Assembly (NCBI GenBank): GCA_003345545.1
Contig: PRDH01000032.1
Span: forward strand, 1-20,149
DNA: 20,149 nt
DNA from: Candidatus Thorarchaeota archaeon
GTDB lineage: Archaea > Asgardarchaeota > Thorarchaeia > Thorarchaeales > Thorarchaeaceae
Direction of reading: 5' to 3'
The notes under the pieces are model-generated. The model saw nothing but the letters and a program-made list of their open reading frames with translations. It was not told the origin of the DNA and did no database searches. A program made the translations under genes and the position numbers. Of this stretch, positions 1 to 10,700 are shown in pieces (positions within the stretch are counted from its first letter, which is position 1; each line of letters opens with the position of its first letter).

Positions 1-3000
1 GCCTTCGCCCTTCTTCTTCTCTTTCCTCAAGAGTGACTCTACGTCCCTTACAAAGGCCTCCATAGAATCAGTTTCCTCTTCGGGCTCTGGCGTTTTCACT
101 GGTTCTTCTGCAACGGGTGTCGATTCCTTCTTCTGCTCTTTCGCAGGGACTGGTTTAGCCTCTTCCTCAATCTCCCAACTTATCTCTTCTTCAGGAGGCG
201 GCGTCGGTGGTGTTGCTTCTTCCCCTTCATGCCCGTCCGATAGACCCATCCCCTGACGCTGAAGGACCGTCTGCACGCCAACTGGTACAATCGCACCCTT
301 GTCCTGAAGGGCGAGAAGCCGGTCAAGAACCTGTGCCTCCGACAACTGTAACATCTCGGATAGTGGAGATAGGAGCTTCCTGAGATAAAACTCCGCTTTG
401 TTATCTCGTACTGCTGCGATGTAATCCAGAATTCTTGCATCTGTCTTTGATACTTTTTGAGTTGGTCCGAATCTATGAGGGAGCAACCAAGAGTAGTTGA
501 ATGCTGCATTCAGGGTCGATACAATCCATTCAGAGTCAAAACAATCAATCAGCCCTGACCAGCTTTCAAGGTCTCTCTCGTATTGATTTTCAAACAGCTC
601 AACAAAGAACTGGAGCCTGTCCTTCAAGAGAGGCGTCATCTCTCCCTCAAGGATGAGGATACCAATGATCTTCTCCCCGCTATAGCTGTTCAGTCTGAGC
701 CCGTGGTACTGAATCTCTTCAAGTGTGCCTCGCACGCCGTCACCCTTGATCTCGCCATATACACTCGTGATTGCTGCAATGAATCCACTGATGAGGTCCG
801 GCTGAATCCGCTCCTCTGTGAAGGGATGATAGAAGACGCATGTACCTCGGTCGAGATAGACTGCCATGAAGTGTCGAAGAGACTCTAGGTCGACAAACAT
901 CTGCAGCTGGTTTTCAAGCGATAGCTTGGCCTCTCTCTTCTTGGGTTTGACAACCCGATTGTAGGCAGCTACCACAATTCCAAGCAGAACAAAGGAACCA
1001 ATAAGGATGCGACCGACAGGTGACATGATGAAGAAGAGGAAAAGCGCCAGAATCGGATTCGTACCGGCACCAACTGTGATGGTTCTCGAGGCGGTCCAGA
1101 GCAGTCGACTGCCGCCAAAGTGAGCTTCCGCCTCTATTGACTCGATGGTTCCGCCTGGAACATAGAAACTCCAAGTTGCAACTCCATAGGAGTTGGTAAT
1201 GTCAGACTGAGCAGAACTATCAAGGACTTGGACTGTTCCGTTCTCAAATGTGATTGTCACTACGAAGTGGACAGTCGCTCCAACGACCGCCTCACTTGTG
1301 TCATTATAGCGCAGGGTGGCACTGAGCGATACAAGTTGTCCTTCTATGCTCGGATTCCCTTCAGACACCAATTCGAGATTGACTCCCCGTTTGCTATCTA
1401 CTGTCAACTCCACGGTATCTGTCGCTGCATTTGCGAGCGGAGCTGTAGCACTCACACTGAGAGTATATACTCCTGGAGCGATGTCCAGCACTATTTCAAT
1501 GACATAGAAACCTGCGGAGTAGACTAGAGTATAGTCAACACCATCTAGGGTCATAGTCACAGTGGCTCCAGTTATTGGTGTATGATGAAGCGTATCATTA
1601 TAGGTAACGGTGACTGTAAGGTTCCATTGTTCATATTCACTGCTCGGCGTATTGATTGAGATTACAGTTGTTGCCCGGACTGTCAGAGTAAGGAATATTG
1701 TGGTTGTCGTGTATCCATATCTGACCATGGTGACATTGACTGGGTAGACGTCCGCAGTCTGCGGCGGTGTGATAGCAATTGCATATTCGCCAGATAAGTA
1801 TTCAATCTCAGTACCGTTGATCGTGATGTATATGACGGCATCATCAATTGGCATGCCATTAGAGTCCTCGACAGTAATGGTCAGAGGAACATTCGTATCG
1901 TAGTCCGTGCTAGCCGAAGAACTTGCCCACGAGTTGCCAACTGATGGAATGTCTTCCATGACTATCAATGTCTGTGTCTCTTGCCCGGGACCAAATCCTA
2001 GACTGCTTGCTCGTATGGTGACTGAGGTCGTGCCAAGGTAGTCGCTACCATTCAGGGTGATTTCCCAACGTTCTGACAATGGATTATAGGTCATGTTCAC
2101 GGTTGGATGACCCACGAAGGTTACCCTGACCCATGTTTCATCGAATATTGGCTCAGAGTTGTAGTTGTAGGTGACGGAGATAGTGATATTCTCAATGAAT
2201 GTGATATTATAATCTGCAGGACTCCATGCCACAGAGAACTCAACACCCGGTTGGCTCGCAATACTGATCGTGAGTGTATCGTCATGTTGGGGGGCGTATC
2301 CTACCTTCCACGCACTTATGTTCAGCGAAATGATGCCTGGAATCTCAGTGAAATTCTCTCCATGAAGCTCTATCCAATACACCTGTCTGATTGCATCCCA
2401 GGCGAGATCATACGTGTTGGACTCATATGTCACATTCACCGAAGCATCTGTGATATTGATCCCGCTCAGGTCTCGATAGGAAACAGTAAGATTCGTGCTC
2501 TCAAGGTAGGTGATGCTACTGCTTGGAGACCAGCTCGAATTCAGCGGGAGAGTTTCGTAGGTAAGATCTACAGTTATCTCAATACTTCTGTTCTCAAGGG
2601 CGTATCCCACTCCGTATACGGTCAGATTATAGATACCACTAGTCATCGAAGATGTATTCACAATAGCTGTCCATCTGCCTCCTCCTACATTCACCATTGA
2701 CTTATTGATTGTACTCCCAAAGGTGTAGTTGAGGCGTGCTATTGGAGGATCCAGACCTCTTACAGGATAGATTTGGTCGAAGTCAATCCCAATGCTGAAA
2801 TTGTTGTCTGTAAATGCCTCGATGTAGTATTCATCTGCATCAAGTGATGTTGGATAGTAGACGAATACCTGTCTGACAAGATAGCCTGCTTCCAACCCAT
2901 TGGTCCAGTAGACTTCTATTGTGTGAGTTCCATTGTAGTCTGCAATCGAATCAATATCCCAAAGGTAGTTCGTGGCACCGTCAGATACTGATGCATTGGG

Positions 3001-4479
3001 GGGCGCATGGATGACGGATCCGCCATACCAAATTGTGAGGTTCGTCGTACCTGAGTTCATATGAGTGCCCATTCCATCCTCTACGCTGATATCGATATCA
3101 ACATCAACAAGAATACTGACCTTGTCTTGAATAGGTTTTGCGTCTGCATGGTTTGATAACTCAATTGAAGTCACGTAGTTGTCTGCAGTATTCGATAATG
3201 TCCACGCACCATTTGTCATATCGGTACAATGAATCGTAGTAGCAATCTCAGTATAATGTCCGTAATCTACTTGTGTGGCATTATACAGTCCCGTAGGGGT
3301 CCAATCATCCGGTACAGTTACATTCACATAACGATTGAGTGACCCTGAAAGCACTGGATATGTGAGCGGCATTGTCACATTCCATTGTATGTCCTCTCCG
3401 GAACTAGCAACGCGCCAAGATGCCGCTACTGATACACTCTTTGTGTATTTGAGCATGAGATCATAGCCTATCTCAACAGATTGATTTGATTGGAAATCAA
3501 TGACTATGATGTTGTCACTATTCGTGAATGTCCATGCAGTATCAGTCAACGTCGTGGCGTTACCTGAGAGATTAATCTGTTCAGCTGAGCTGTAGTCAAT
3601 TGCCGCGTTTGCGGTTTTATTCCATGGTGTATAGGTGTAATTGAGCATTGCCTCAGCCTGTTCGAGACCTGTATAGGCGTACCACGTACTCATTGGATCA
3701 CCAAATAAATGGTATCCGGTAGCCAGTCCAGTTACTGATTTTGAAGCGCTCCACCAAACCATATTGAAGAGCGACGTTCCAGGTACACCTACCATAGTGC
3801 TTCCATCAATAACGACATAATAGTAGGTGCTGGCATTTAGAATTGCATTGTCACCGGAGCAGTCATGTGTAGCGATTTGTTTTGAAAGGGGGTTCTGAAT
3901 CCAAGGCGTTATCCATCCTGTGACATTCTTTGCTTTGTCATTATAGACACTTCTCACGCCCAGGTAAGCTTGCCCATTAGACACATCATAGTAATTCGAT
4001 TTGTAAACGAGAGAGTAGTTCTCAAGTTTGCCATCGTGAGACCGTCCATAGAATGCTTGATAGAGAGCATTTGTGGTCAGCCCCTTCACAGTATCATTCC
4101 ATATCTGTATGTAGTCATTGGCGCCAGGAGTAATCCCCAGCGTTGCTCTCTCAGCTATCGCAGTCATGGAACTAGCTTTCACTTCTACAGCAACGAGAGT
4201 CCATCCAGATACCTGATATGCTGAAAGATTCAATTGGGCTCGATGGCTGAGGTCGTTATAGGAATTAGAAATTCCAAGATTGAGTCCGGTTATCTCTCTG
4301 GTAAAGTAACTGAGAATTGTTGTTGTATCATACCCACCTGCAGATGACTGTTCTCCTCTCCTGACAGCATAGACATCAGTGTTCTGGGCAGCCAGAGGAG
4401 TATCTGCTGAATTCGAGCTGATGATCGGGAATAGGAATATCACTAATGTAATCAGAGTCAAAATCTGTTTCCTTCTCAT
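1..4479 (-). CDS. Giant single-pass surface protein B (at least 1493 aa, 3' end outside window): signal peptide, head domain, ~6 Ig-like repeats, TM, cytoplasmic longin-like + winged-helix-like domains, Pro/Glu-rich tail
   Basis: Not in the ORF track. Hand translation from ATG at 4479 (upstream GAGCGAGGTTATGAT, SD-like GAGGT) is open to position 1. N-terminus MRRKQILTLITLVIFLFPIISSNSA is signal-peptide-like. Collinear with the 2967-aa protein (ALYQAFY..HDGKLENYS, WITP, THDC, YVVIDG, YTYTPWNKT, SNQSV, TNLTIW, NGLEAGY, YYPTS). Hydrophobic PILALFLFFIMSPVGRILIGSFVLLGIVVAAY (961-1053) is followed by basic NRVVKPKKREAK, then LRHFMAVYLDRGTCVFYHPF..PDLISGFIAAITSVYGEI..LEEIQYHGLRLNSYSGEKIIGILIL..LKDRLQFFVELFENQYERDLESWSG. 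Confidence 0.93.
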   Translation of the reverse strand, partial: MRRKQILTLITLVIFLFPIISSNSADTPLAAQNTDVYAVRRGEQSSAGGYDTTTILSYFTREITGLNLGISNSYNDLSHRAQLNLSAYQVSGWTLVAVEVKASSMTAIAERATLGITPGANDYIQIWNDTVKGLTTNALYQAFYGRSHDGKLENYSLVYKSNYYDVSNGQAYLGVRSVYNDKAKNVTGWITPWIQNPLSKQIATHDCSGDNAILNASTYYYVVIDGSTMVGVPGTSLFNMVWWSASKSVTGLATGYHLFGDPMSTWYAYTGLEQAEAMLNYTYTPWNKTANAAIDYSSAEQINLSGNATTLTDTAWTFTNSDNIIVIDFQSNQSVEIGYDLMLKYTKSVSVAASWRVASSGEDIQWNVTMPLTYPVLSGSLNRYVNVTVPDDWTPTGLYNATQVDYGHYTEIATTIHCTDMTNGAWTLSNTADNYVTSIELSNHADAKPIQDKVSILVDVDIDISVEDGMGTHMNSGTTNLTIWYGGSVIHAPPNASVSDGATNYLWDIDSIADYNGTHTIEVYWTNGLEAGYLVRQVFVYYPTSLDADEYYIEAFTDNNFSIGIDFDQIYPVRGLDPPIARLNYTFGSTINKSMVNVGGGRWTAIVNTSSMTSGIYNLTVYGVGYALENRSIEITVDLTYETLPLNSSWSPSSSITYLESTNLTVSYRDLSGINITDASVNVTYESNTYDLAWDAIRQVYWIELHGENFTEIPGIISLNISAWKVGYAPQHDDTLTISIASQPGVEFSVAWSPADYNITFIENITISVTYNYNSEPIFDETWVRVTFVGHPTVNMTYNPLSERWEITLNGSDYLGTTSVTIRASSLGFGPGQETQTLIVMEDIPSVGNSWASSSASTDYDTNVPLTITVEDSNGMPIDDAVIYITINGTEIEYLSGEYAIAITPPQTADVYPVNVTMVRYGYTTTTIFLTLTVRATTVISINTPSSEYEQWNLTVTVTYNDTLHHTPITGATVTMTLDGVDYTLVYSAGFYVIEIVLDIAPGVYTLSVSATAPLANAATDTVELTVDSKRGVNLELVSEGNPSIEGQLVSLSATLRYNDTSEAVVGATVHFVVTITFENGTVQVLDSSAQSDITNSYGVATWSFYVPGGTIESIEAEAHFGGSRLLWTASRTITVGAGTNPILALFLFFIMSPVGRILIGSFVLLGIVVAAYNRVVKPKKREAKLSLENQLQMFVDLESLRHFMAVYLDRGTCVFYHPFTEERIQPDLISGFIAAITSVYGEIKGDGVRGTLEEIQYHGLRLNSYSGEKIIGILILEGEMTPLLKDRLQFFVELFENQYERDLESWSGLIDCFDSEWIVSTLNAAFNYSWLLPHRFGPTQKVSKTDARILDYIAAVRDNKAEFYLRKLLSPLSEMLQLSEAQVLDRLLALQDKGAIVPVGVQTVLQRQGMGLSDGHEGEEATPPTPPPEEEISWEIEEEAKPVPAKEQKKESTPVAEEPVKTPEPEEETDSMEAFVRDVESLLRKEKKKGEG

Positions 4480-4570
4480 ATCATAACCTCGCTCGTGACT
4501 GCTACGTACACATTTGCCAGCCTGCAGCATTAACGATTTGATACTGCACCAATCATTATTACATTTTGAT

Positions 4571-4580
4571 GGTATAAACA
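4571..4580 (-). promoter_or_regulatory. Candidate archaeal TATA box for gene B
   Basis: Minus strand reads TGTTTATACC in an AT-rich 244-bp intergenic gap, about 95 nt upstream of the ATG. An alternative TATATA sits at 4634-4639. Confidence 0.3.
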
Positions 4581-4634
4581 AGCCAGTACTTTGTTATTTG
4601 CTGGTTTGGCAGAAGTTGATTTGCTTCTAATCAT

Positions 4635-4711
4635 ATATAGCTATCTTGGTCTTGTTCATGCTGAAGCTTGACGATAATTACCAAGTAATGATTTATTTTA
4701 GACAGCTATCT
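4635..4711. promoter_or_regulatory. Cluster of palindromes upstream of gene B (candidate operator sites)
   Basis: ATATAGCTATCT (4635-4646) and AGACAGCTATCT (4700-4711) each differ at one position from the perfect palindrome AGATAGCTATCT. Between them lies the imperfect inverted repeat ATAATTAC-CAA-GTAATGAT (4674-4692). Confidence 0.4.
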
Positions 4712-4723
4712 CGAACCCCTGTG

Positions 4724-7700
4724 CTAGCGCTTCTTGATTATTCGACGAGTCCCCTCCCGCACCTCATAGAAACCTGAATCCGAATCAAGCAAATCCTTCA
4801 CAATTGCGCTTGTCTTGCTTGATGATATCCCTAGACGCTTTGAAAGCTCTGATCTGGTCAGCCCAGATTCACTTACTGTGATTGCATCCTTCATTCTGTC
4901 GATTGGGTCAGCTATTGATATTGTTTCAACTGAACTCACCATGCTCGATGTTTCTGTTGATGCTATGACATTCCTTGATAGACTTCTTCTCCGTTTCATG
5001 ATGACAAGGCCTAGAACTGGCAATGAGACTCCTCCTACGACCATTGAGAGCAATATAGGGTCTCTGAAAATCACATCTAACAGACCCAATCCCCCAACCT
5101 TGATCTGCACAGTTCTTGTTTCTGACTCTGCCGGCCAGACAGATATTGACCCTGCATACAAGGCTGTAATCTCCAATCTCGTCGCATCTAGAGGAACACT
5201 AAGAACGACTGATGCAACTCCTGCGTCATCTGTTTCGATGACTTGAGTATGATTCCGCGAATCGCTCTGAGTAAATATCACGACGATGAGTGTTAGTGGA
5301 ACATAGCCCGCAGGCTGCTCATCGTGCTGCACTATCACCGAGATGAGCAATTCACTGCCAGTCAGTATCTCGCCAACGACATTGAGAGTTAGTGCATAGG
5401 TTGATTTTGGCAACACGTGTAGTTCGACCACGCCCACCTTCGCGTCGCAATCAACGGCGTTGGCAGAGATTGAGACAGTGTACGTACCCGGACTGATGTC
5501 ACTCGGTAGCTGGATCGACATGGTGTAGTTCTGCGTAGGTGCATCATACAGCAAGAAATACTGCACTCCCTCAAGTGTGGCCGTGATGACTGCCCAGTCG
5601 ATTGAAACATAATGCACAAGGTCCACGAGTTTTGCTTGAATGATGATTACTTCGTTTTCATACTGGGAGATCTGTGAAATCAATAAGAGTTCAGTAGGTA
5701 TAGGTCTGGCTTCGATTTCCACTATCCCGCTGCCGTTCAAATAGCCGGCAAGTTGGAGAGCAATATCAAAAGTATAGTTGCCCACATGGAGTGAGCTTCC
5801 ACTGATCTGCACCAAGTATGTGCCATTGCCCAGGTCCATGACGCTGTAGGGACCAATCCAATCTACAGAGTAAACCGATCCTGGTATCCCTGTACCTGTT
5901 CTATTGTCGATGTATGCAAATCGTAGTACAATGTCCTCCTGTGCATAAGCGATGTGGCTTGGACTGTATGCCACCTCCGTCGGAATGGGTAGAACACTGA
6001 TGGTAATGGCTTCGTATTGGCTTACAAACCCGAGGGCAGAAACTGTAATGGTCAAGTTGTGTATTCCAATACCGAGCTCCGTTCCTTGGAAGACTGCTGT
6101 CCAACGATCAGTGTCCCATGTGGTTGCTTGCTCAATCCCCCCAAGAGCCAGAATGAGCGTTGCATCTGGAACGAAGCTTGAATTGCTCATCTCGTAATAG
6201 ATGTACACAATCGTTCCTTCATCATGATAGATTGAAGAGCTGAGTACTGACACGTCTAGGGTTGTCGCTGCAGGGAATACGATGAGTGTATTAGAATACC
6301 ATCCATCCACATAACCTGTTTTGTTTGCGGTCACGGTGACATTCCATGCACCTAGACCGATTGCTGTTGCTCTGATACTAAAGTGCCACATTTCATCGAA
6401 TGAGCTATACGTCAGTTCATGTATCGTGCCATTGATTGAGAGGCGAACCGAAGCTCCTAGAATCGCCTTGTAGTCCTGGATGTACACCACGGATACGTTG
6501 ATGATATCAACATAGGTCGGCGCTAGACTAGAGGGCTGCCATGTAACAAGGTACATGTTTGCAGCAGGGCTAATGTTTAGCCCCATGGTAATATGTGTCT
6601 GCAGTGCATATCCGTACAACCAAGCACTGATAGACGCGTCATATGTGCCAATCCCTGTCTGATTTCCAAAAATCGACACTCGCCATGCACCAGAAGAGTA
6701 TGCAAGATTGTAAACTCGACTATTAATCGTTACATTTACGGTTGCGTTTTCTGGCACATCGCCATCATAGAATGTGTAATCTACGGTGACATTGAGAGAG
6801 TCAGTGAATTCGATGGTGAGGTTGAATGGGCTCCAAGTTACCAATAAGGTATTGGTCGTGACTTCGTTGACCGTAAGGGTTTCTGCAGACTCCGCAAAGC
6901 TATATCCATACGCCTGTGCTCGGACTACGATGGAGTGAGGACCTAAATCGAGATAGACTCCAGTCAGACTGACTACCCAGAAGCTGCCCGATTCTAACAA
7001 GGAAAGCGTTACACTGCCATCAATCGTGATATTAGCAATGACACCGCCTTGTGGTACAATGCTACCAGTGCCTGCATATGAGTAATTTGCTGAGAGGTCC
7101 ATCTGTCCAAGGTAGTCAATAGTAATAGCATTCCAAAGCAACTCGAGACTGGTTGATGCCTCAATGATATCAAAGCTGATGTTCGAGTTGGTGGCGAAGT
7201 CATATCCATACTTGCTAATGTTCACCACAACTAGATGATGTCCTAGATCGAATGTGTTGTTGAACTCGAACCAGTAAACGCCGTTCGTGCCTTTGAGAGC
7301 ATACAGCACCCCATCAATAGTAATCGTCTTCAGTATTGCTCCTTCTATCAGCCTTCCGTAATTGTCTCTGTATTCGACCTCCAACACAATACTCTGAGTC
7401 CAGTCAAGAGTTTCGGATATCCATGACGCAATTGCTGAGGTTGGCTCTTCATGAATCGCCAAGGAAGTGGAAGCGGACTGGTCAACATAGACGCTTCCTG
7501 ATGCTTCAATATCCATGATGAAAGAGCCCATACCTGGTGGGTCCATATTGCCATAGAAAGCAAGGCAATAAGCTTGTGCAGATGCATTCCATGCCAATGA
7601 CCAAGAGTCACTACCAATTGACACATCTATTATCGCAGAAGGCACTGGTGATCCGTTGCTCATACGATAGTAGACCATGAGAGTAGTGTGTTCTACGAAA

Positions 7701-10700
7701 CTGATGTCATTGTCACTCGACCAGCTCACTTGAATGGTAGTTGGGTCCCTCCCGACCTCAAGCGTTTCACTGAGGTCCTGTGCAAATACAAATCCATACT
7801 TTGATGCTACTATGGCAAGACCGTGTATCCCAAATCCAGGTACAATGTCTGAGCCATTGAATCTTATGCCATAGGCTTCCTCCGTGGCATTCCAATAGAG
7901 CTTCAACGTCAACAGCTCAATGGTAACATTTACTGGTGCATCAAGTATTGGCGTTCCGTTACTCATCGAATACTCTACGAATAGGTAGGTGTATTCAAAG
8001 TAGGTGATGGTGTTTTGGTATGGATTACTCCATCGTGGTGTGAGCATTGTTGGTTCCTGGACAATCTCTAGGCTCAATGTATTATCATTCAGTGAATCGA
8101 ATCCATCTCTTCCTGCACGGATTTCGAGTTCATGATATCCCAGACCTGGAAGTGAATCAGAGCCGTTGAACATCAGACGATAGGTCTTACTTACTTCGTC
8201 CCAGGCGAGGTCCCAATGATTCGAGCCAATTGTGATATTCACAGATGCAGAGGCAATCGCGGAACCATTTGACATTGTGTAGTTTACTACAAGGATGGTT
8301 GAGTGCACATAGGTGATTATACCACCTCCTATCCAGTAACTCTGAATGTTCACTGATTCCGAGAGGATGACAAGCGTACGGGAGTTGTCCGTTGCATCCT
8401 TGAATCCCTCGTGGAGGAGGTATGTCGCTGAGATATAGAGAACAAAACTGCCCAGTCCGGGCGGGTCCATGTTGCCAGTAAAAGTGTACACGTAGAGTTT
8501 CGATGTTTCATTATACACAGCTTCCCATGTGTGTGTACCTATTCTAATAGTAACGAAAGCATCGATTACAGGCAATCCACTTTCTGTAATTGAAAAGTTG
8601 ATGAATAGAGATGCACTCTCGACGTATGTTATTGTGTTGTTACCGTCAAGCCACCGCGCCTGGATGGAAGTGTCTTCCTGTACAATTGTAAGCGTCTGTG
8701 TAATATCCGAGTGCGCAAGATGGTTCGCCTTCCAGGCAAGCACAAAGAACGTGTGAGGTCCAAGCGCCGGACTTGGTATATCTGCGCCAGTGAATGCAAT
8801 CTCATAGGCTCCCGAACTGCTGTTATACTGAGTCGGGTAGGGTAACACATAGGAGGCATTCACTGTTGCAGTCAGAACTGGAGAACCGTTCAAGTAGCGA
8901 TAGTAGATTCGGAAAACAGTCACATCGAGATAGGATATTGTGCTGCTTGGAATCCATTCAAACGTGATATAGGTGTCCTCAAGTCGTATCGTGAGTTCTT
9001 CCGTGGAGTCCATTGCTGAAATGTATCCAAAGCCTGACGCATATATTGTAACATCAAAAGTCGAATAGTACAATCGAGAGTCATTCCCGTGAATTAGGGT
9101 TTCATATGCGGAGCTTGAGCTGTTCCATACGAGATTCCAAAGATATCCGTTTATGGTCGCATTGAGCACTCCTGTTGCTATGAGCGAGCTATTGCTCATG
9201 ACGAACTGTACAGAAAGCCTTGTTTCACTGAAGTATGTGATGTTGTTGCCGCCAATCCATAAGATAATCAGATCCGTGGATTCCAACTGCTTGGTCAAGC
9301 TCTCAGCAGAGTTAGTCTGGCTCTGAAAATCCGCCAGATGAGCCACGACCAGAACCGGATACGTCGTGAAGTCAAGCGAGCCATCCATTCCAGTGAACGT
9401 TCTTTCGTACGCGTGAGTCACTGAGTTCCAAACAAGAGCAAGCGTGACTCCATTTATTGTGACATTGACAGTTGCGTCCGTAATCCAGGTGTCGTTATAC
9501 ATCCTGTAGAAGGCCTGAAGAGTTGTCTTCTCAACATAAGTTATGGTATCTCCATTCGTCCAGGCAAGATTAAGCAAGGTCGGTATGACTGGAAGTATGA
9601 CTTCTTCATCACTGTTCGTCTGTTCAACAAAGCCGTATTCCCATGCCCTGACCGTCAGTGAATGAGTTCCAACGCCTGGAACCGGATCTGATCCGTTGAA
9701 TCTTAGCTGGTAATACCCTTCGGTTTGATTCCAGGTGAGTTTCCATGTATCATCATCAATTGTTACATTCACTTCAGCATCCAACACTGGTACGTAACTC
9801 CCATATGTGTATTCGACAATTAGGTATGAATAGCTGAAGAAGTCAGGGTTGTTGATTTCATTCGCCCAATGCACTGACAGATATGTGGGTTCTCTTCTCA
9901 GAACTATCTCTTGGGATGAGTTTGATGCTGAATCGAATCCATATCTTGATGCCTCCACTGTCACAGGAAAAGCGCCTAGGATGGGCAGATCGACATCACC
10001 ATCAATAAGAAGATAGTATCTCTGGGCTGTCGAGTTCCATAGCAATGCCCATGGAGCTCCCGCGAACGTGGCGATGACTGTTGCGCCAGTGATTGCGCTA
10101 TTATTGCTGTTCATTAGGTATCTTATTGAGAGTATGCAGCTGTTAGTGTATGTTATGTTATTGGTTGGAATCCACTCTACAGTCAACGTTGTCGGTTCGT
10201 TTACTATGACAAGAGTCTTGCTGCCATAGGCTGTGATGAAGCCAAATCTTGATGCATTGATGATGAGAACATGGCTTCCAAGACCTGGAGGATTATCACT
10301 GCCTGAGAACTCCAGTCGATAGGTTCCCGTGCCTTCGTCCCATGTCAGATTCCAAGTCATAGAATCGATAGTGACTTGGACGAATGCTCCAGCGACTGGT
10401 GCTCCATTGGACATTGTATAGTTGACTGAGAGCAGTGTTGAGCCAACATATGTAATGGTGGATAAGCCCACCCATACTGTGTCGATTGAGGTTGGTTCCT
10501 GTCTCAGAATCAGATCTTGCGTCACATCTATTCGATTGACGAAACCGTACCTGCCAGCTCGCATTGACAGATCATGCCTGCCAAAACCAGGAGGAATATC
10601 TGAGCCATTGTACATGATGACATAGGAGGATGAGCCATCCCATGCCAGTGTCCAAGCATTCCCATCAATTGTGACATTTACATTGGCTCCCATGATGGGC

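Noticed and set aside
180-4224. Short track ORFs (180-509, 583-888, 914-1174, 1228-1527, 1316-1507, 2107-2700, 3970-4224)
   Set aside because: All are antisense or off-frame shadows of the uninterrupted gene B frame, which is supported by paralogy to protein A.
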